This document shows, piece by piece, positions 61,526-63,187 of a DNA stretch of 63,187 nucleotides. The first letter of the stretch is position 1; each line of letters starts with the position of its first letter. The translations under genes and the position numbers were made by a program. The notes beneath the pieces were generated by a model. That model did not search any database and had not been told where the DNA came from. It was given only the letters and a program-made list of their open reading frames with translations. This DNA is from Candidatus Poribacteria bacterium (GTDB taxonomy: Bacteria; Poribacteria; WGA-4E; UBA9662). Location of the stretch: NCBI GenBank assembly GCA_046582655.1, contig JAYGDX010000007.1:1-63187 (forward strand), read 5' to 3'.

Positions 61526-62536
61526 TTAATTCAGTCCTGACACACAGCGAAATCCACTGTTGAAGTACCTATTATTCAGAGTGTTGAAGAAGCGATAAGG
61601 AACATGCAGGCGGTTAGTCCCATTAGCCCAAGAACCCCCACGCAACACTCTGATGTCTTTACCACCATCATACCAATCCTGACACCATTCCCAAACGTTG
61701 CCTGACATATCAAACAAACCGTAACCGTTCGGCTTAAGACTACCTACTAGTGCCGTGGACTGATCCCACTGATCCTTGCCACCAATACCCTCGCAATTCG
61801 CATAGTCTCTGGCAACACTTTCATCATCACCCCAAGAATAAATTTTATCAACTAAGCCGCCCCGTGCCGCATATTCCCATTCTGCCTCAGTCGGTAACCT
61901 TTTGCCTACCCACTCACAATAAGCAGTCGCATCGCGCCAACTGAGTTCGATCATCGGGTGCCTGTCCGTAGGTGAATACACAGACACAACTCCCCAACGA
62001 TTGTATTCATAGCCTGTTCTGTTAACAAACTTCTTGAACTGACCAACCGTTACCTCATATTTATCCATATAGAAAGCATTTACATCGACTCCCACTAGAA
62101 AGCTGCTGACACCTTTAGGAATAAGAACCATCCCCGGAGGAGGGCGTACTTCAACCTCTTCAACAAGTTTCTTTTCATTTACCTGAAAACTGGCTTTAAC
62201 AGTACCGACAGTACCAGCAGTATTCTTCCAAGAAACAATAAAAACAGTAACTTTCCCCGACACTAAACCTGAATAGTTAATCGTCGCCTGATTATCAACT
62301 AATGGTAAAGACGGACCATTTTCCAAAAACCCCCGTTCGTGTACGGTTACAGTGATAATTCCTTTTTCAACGTTTGAACTATCATCAAAGGTAATGACTA
62401 AGACACCCTCAGAATCGATTTGGCTGCCAATAGCAGGTAAGGTTCCCATAACTTTGGCAACACCTCCTAAATCTTCTTCACCACACCCAACCCAGACAAC
62501 CATCACAAGCAACGAGATAACTGATCTCTGAATCAC
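61526..62536 (-). CDS. FGE-sulfatase/SUMF1 (C-type lectin fold) lipoprotein-like protein
   Basis: AAGGTG RBS + GTG; VVWVGC lipobox-like; EVTVGQF, RLPTEAEWEYAARGG, DMSGNVWEW, RGGSW...GFRC. Confidence 0.92.
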   Translation of the reverse strand: MIQRSVISLLVMVVWVGCGEEDLGGVAKVMGTLPAIGSQIDSEGVLVITFDDSSNVEKGIITVTVHERGFLENGPSLPLVDNQATINYSGLVSGKVTVFIVSWKNTAGTVGTVKASFQVNEKKLVEEVEVRPPPGMVLIPKGVSSFLVGVDVNAFYMDKYEVTVGQFKKFVNRTGYEYNRWGVVSVYSPTDRHPMIELSWRDATAYCEWVGKRLPTEAEWEYAARGGLVDKIYSWGDDESVARDYANCEGIGGKDQWDQSTALVGSLKPNGYGLFDMSGNVWEWCQDWYDGGKDIRVLRGGSWANGTNRLHVPYRFFNTLNNRYFNSGFRCVSGLN

Positions 62537-62680
62537 GAAATTCACCTTGTACATAATTTTAACTTAAATACAACCTAGCTTCCTCAAAACTTTGTCAGAA
62601 ATATGGCGGGTTGGTTGCTCTTCTCAGAACTAACTACTGATACCCATGCAATACTCAACGTATTTATCGCCGTCAGAATA

Positions 62681-63187
62681 TTATTGACGGGATTCATATT
62701 CTTTGACTGCTTTCAGTGCTTCTGGTGTTCCTATTGAACCTAATGCCTTTGCCACACCCTTACAAACCCATTCATTCGGATCCTGTAATACTTGTATCAG
62801 AGCAGGCACGGCATCTATTGCATCCTCTCCTATGGAACCTAATTCCCTTGCCGCATTCATACAAACATCCTCATTCGGATCCTGTAATGCTTGGATCAGA
62901 GCAGGCACAGCATCCTTCGCACCTATCCTCCCTAATGCCCTTGCCGCATAAACACAAACAGACTTATCCTGATCCTGTAATGCTTGGATCAGAGCAGGCA
63001 CAGCATCTATTGCCCCTTTTTCTATAGAACCTAATGCCAATACCGCATTACCACGAACATTTGCATCCTTGTCCTGCAAGGCTTGGATCAAAGCAGGTAC
63101 CGCATCTTCTCCTATCTTCCCTAATGCCTGTGCCGCATCCCCACGAACATTATAATCCTTGTCCTGCAACAGTTGGATCAGATCAGG
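62681..63187 (-). CDS. HEAT/PBS-lyase repeat protein, C-terminal part (start lies beyond the window)
   Basis: Repeats of AVPALIQALQD...V...AA.ALG.IG, also visible as DNA repeats. Confidence 0.9.
   Translation of the reverse strand, partial: PDLIQLLQDKDYNVRGDAAQALGKIGEDAVPALIQALQDKDANVRGNAVLALGSIEKGAIDAVPALIQALQDQDKSVCVYAARALGRIGAKDAVPALIQALQDPNEDVCMNAARELGSIGEDAIDAVPALIQVLQDPNEWVCKGVAKALGSIGTPEALKAVKEYESRQ

Noticed and set aside
899..63027. Numerous short ORFs antisense to or nested in called genes (e.g. 6140..6550, 41638..42081, 47476..47922)
   Set aside because: Shadow ORFs of well-supported genes, with no motifs of their own.
1..63187. Complete DGR cassette, CRISPR array, tRNA/rRNA, integrase or transposase
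   Set aside because: No RT motifs, no Asn-rich template repeat, no regularly spaced repeat-spacer array and no cloverleaf were recognised by eye; not excluded without a search.
62700..63187. Regular DNA repeats (GCTTGGATCAGAGCAGGCACAGCATC) resembling an array
   Set aside because: They are the coding repeats of the HEAT/PBS protein, in frame and without unique spacers.

Overview
About 63 kb of bacterial chromosome, most consistent with Candidatus Poribacteria. This is inferred from repeated secreted LamG proteins ending in a V-x-x-x-x-KL-x-x-x-W-x-x-[IL]-K tail, an expansion of PhyH dioxygenases, an LVIVD/FlgD-Ig protein and FGE/SUMF1 proteins. Most of the window is accessory catabolism: PhyH x5, GH95-like hydrolase, LarA-family protein, TarD-like and other enolase-superfamily enzymes, MlrC, ThDP enzyme, FGGY kinase and amidohydrolases. 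It also holds a planctomycete-type DUF1592/DUF1552 block and several broken genes. No rRNA, tRNA, CRISPR array, integrase, transposase or reverse transcriptase was recognised. Best leads: (1) two FGE/C-type-lectin-fold paralogues whose C-terminal region differs mainly at codon positions 1-2 of NNY codons, the footprint of diversity-generating-retroelement (DGR) mutagenesis, with no RT or template repeat in the window; (2) an unannotated ~180-nt element with a perfect SD, a 13-aa ORF, alternative hairpins and a terminator in front of a LamG gene; (3) a domain-independent C-terminal tail that looks like a sorting signal; (4) a LamG gene with its own promoter and structured leader between 127/128-bp direct repeats; (5) a hidden flagellin C-terminal relic. 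All product calls come from motif recognition by eye, not from database searches.
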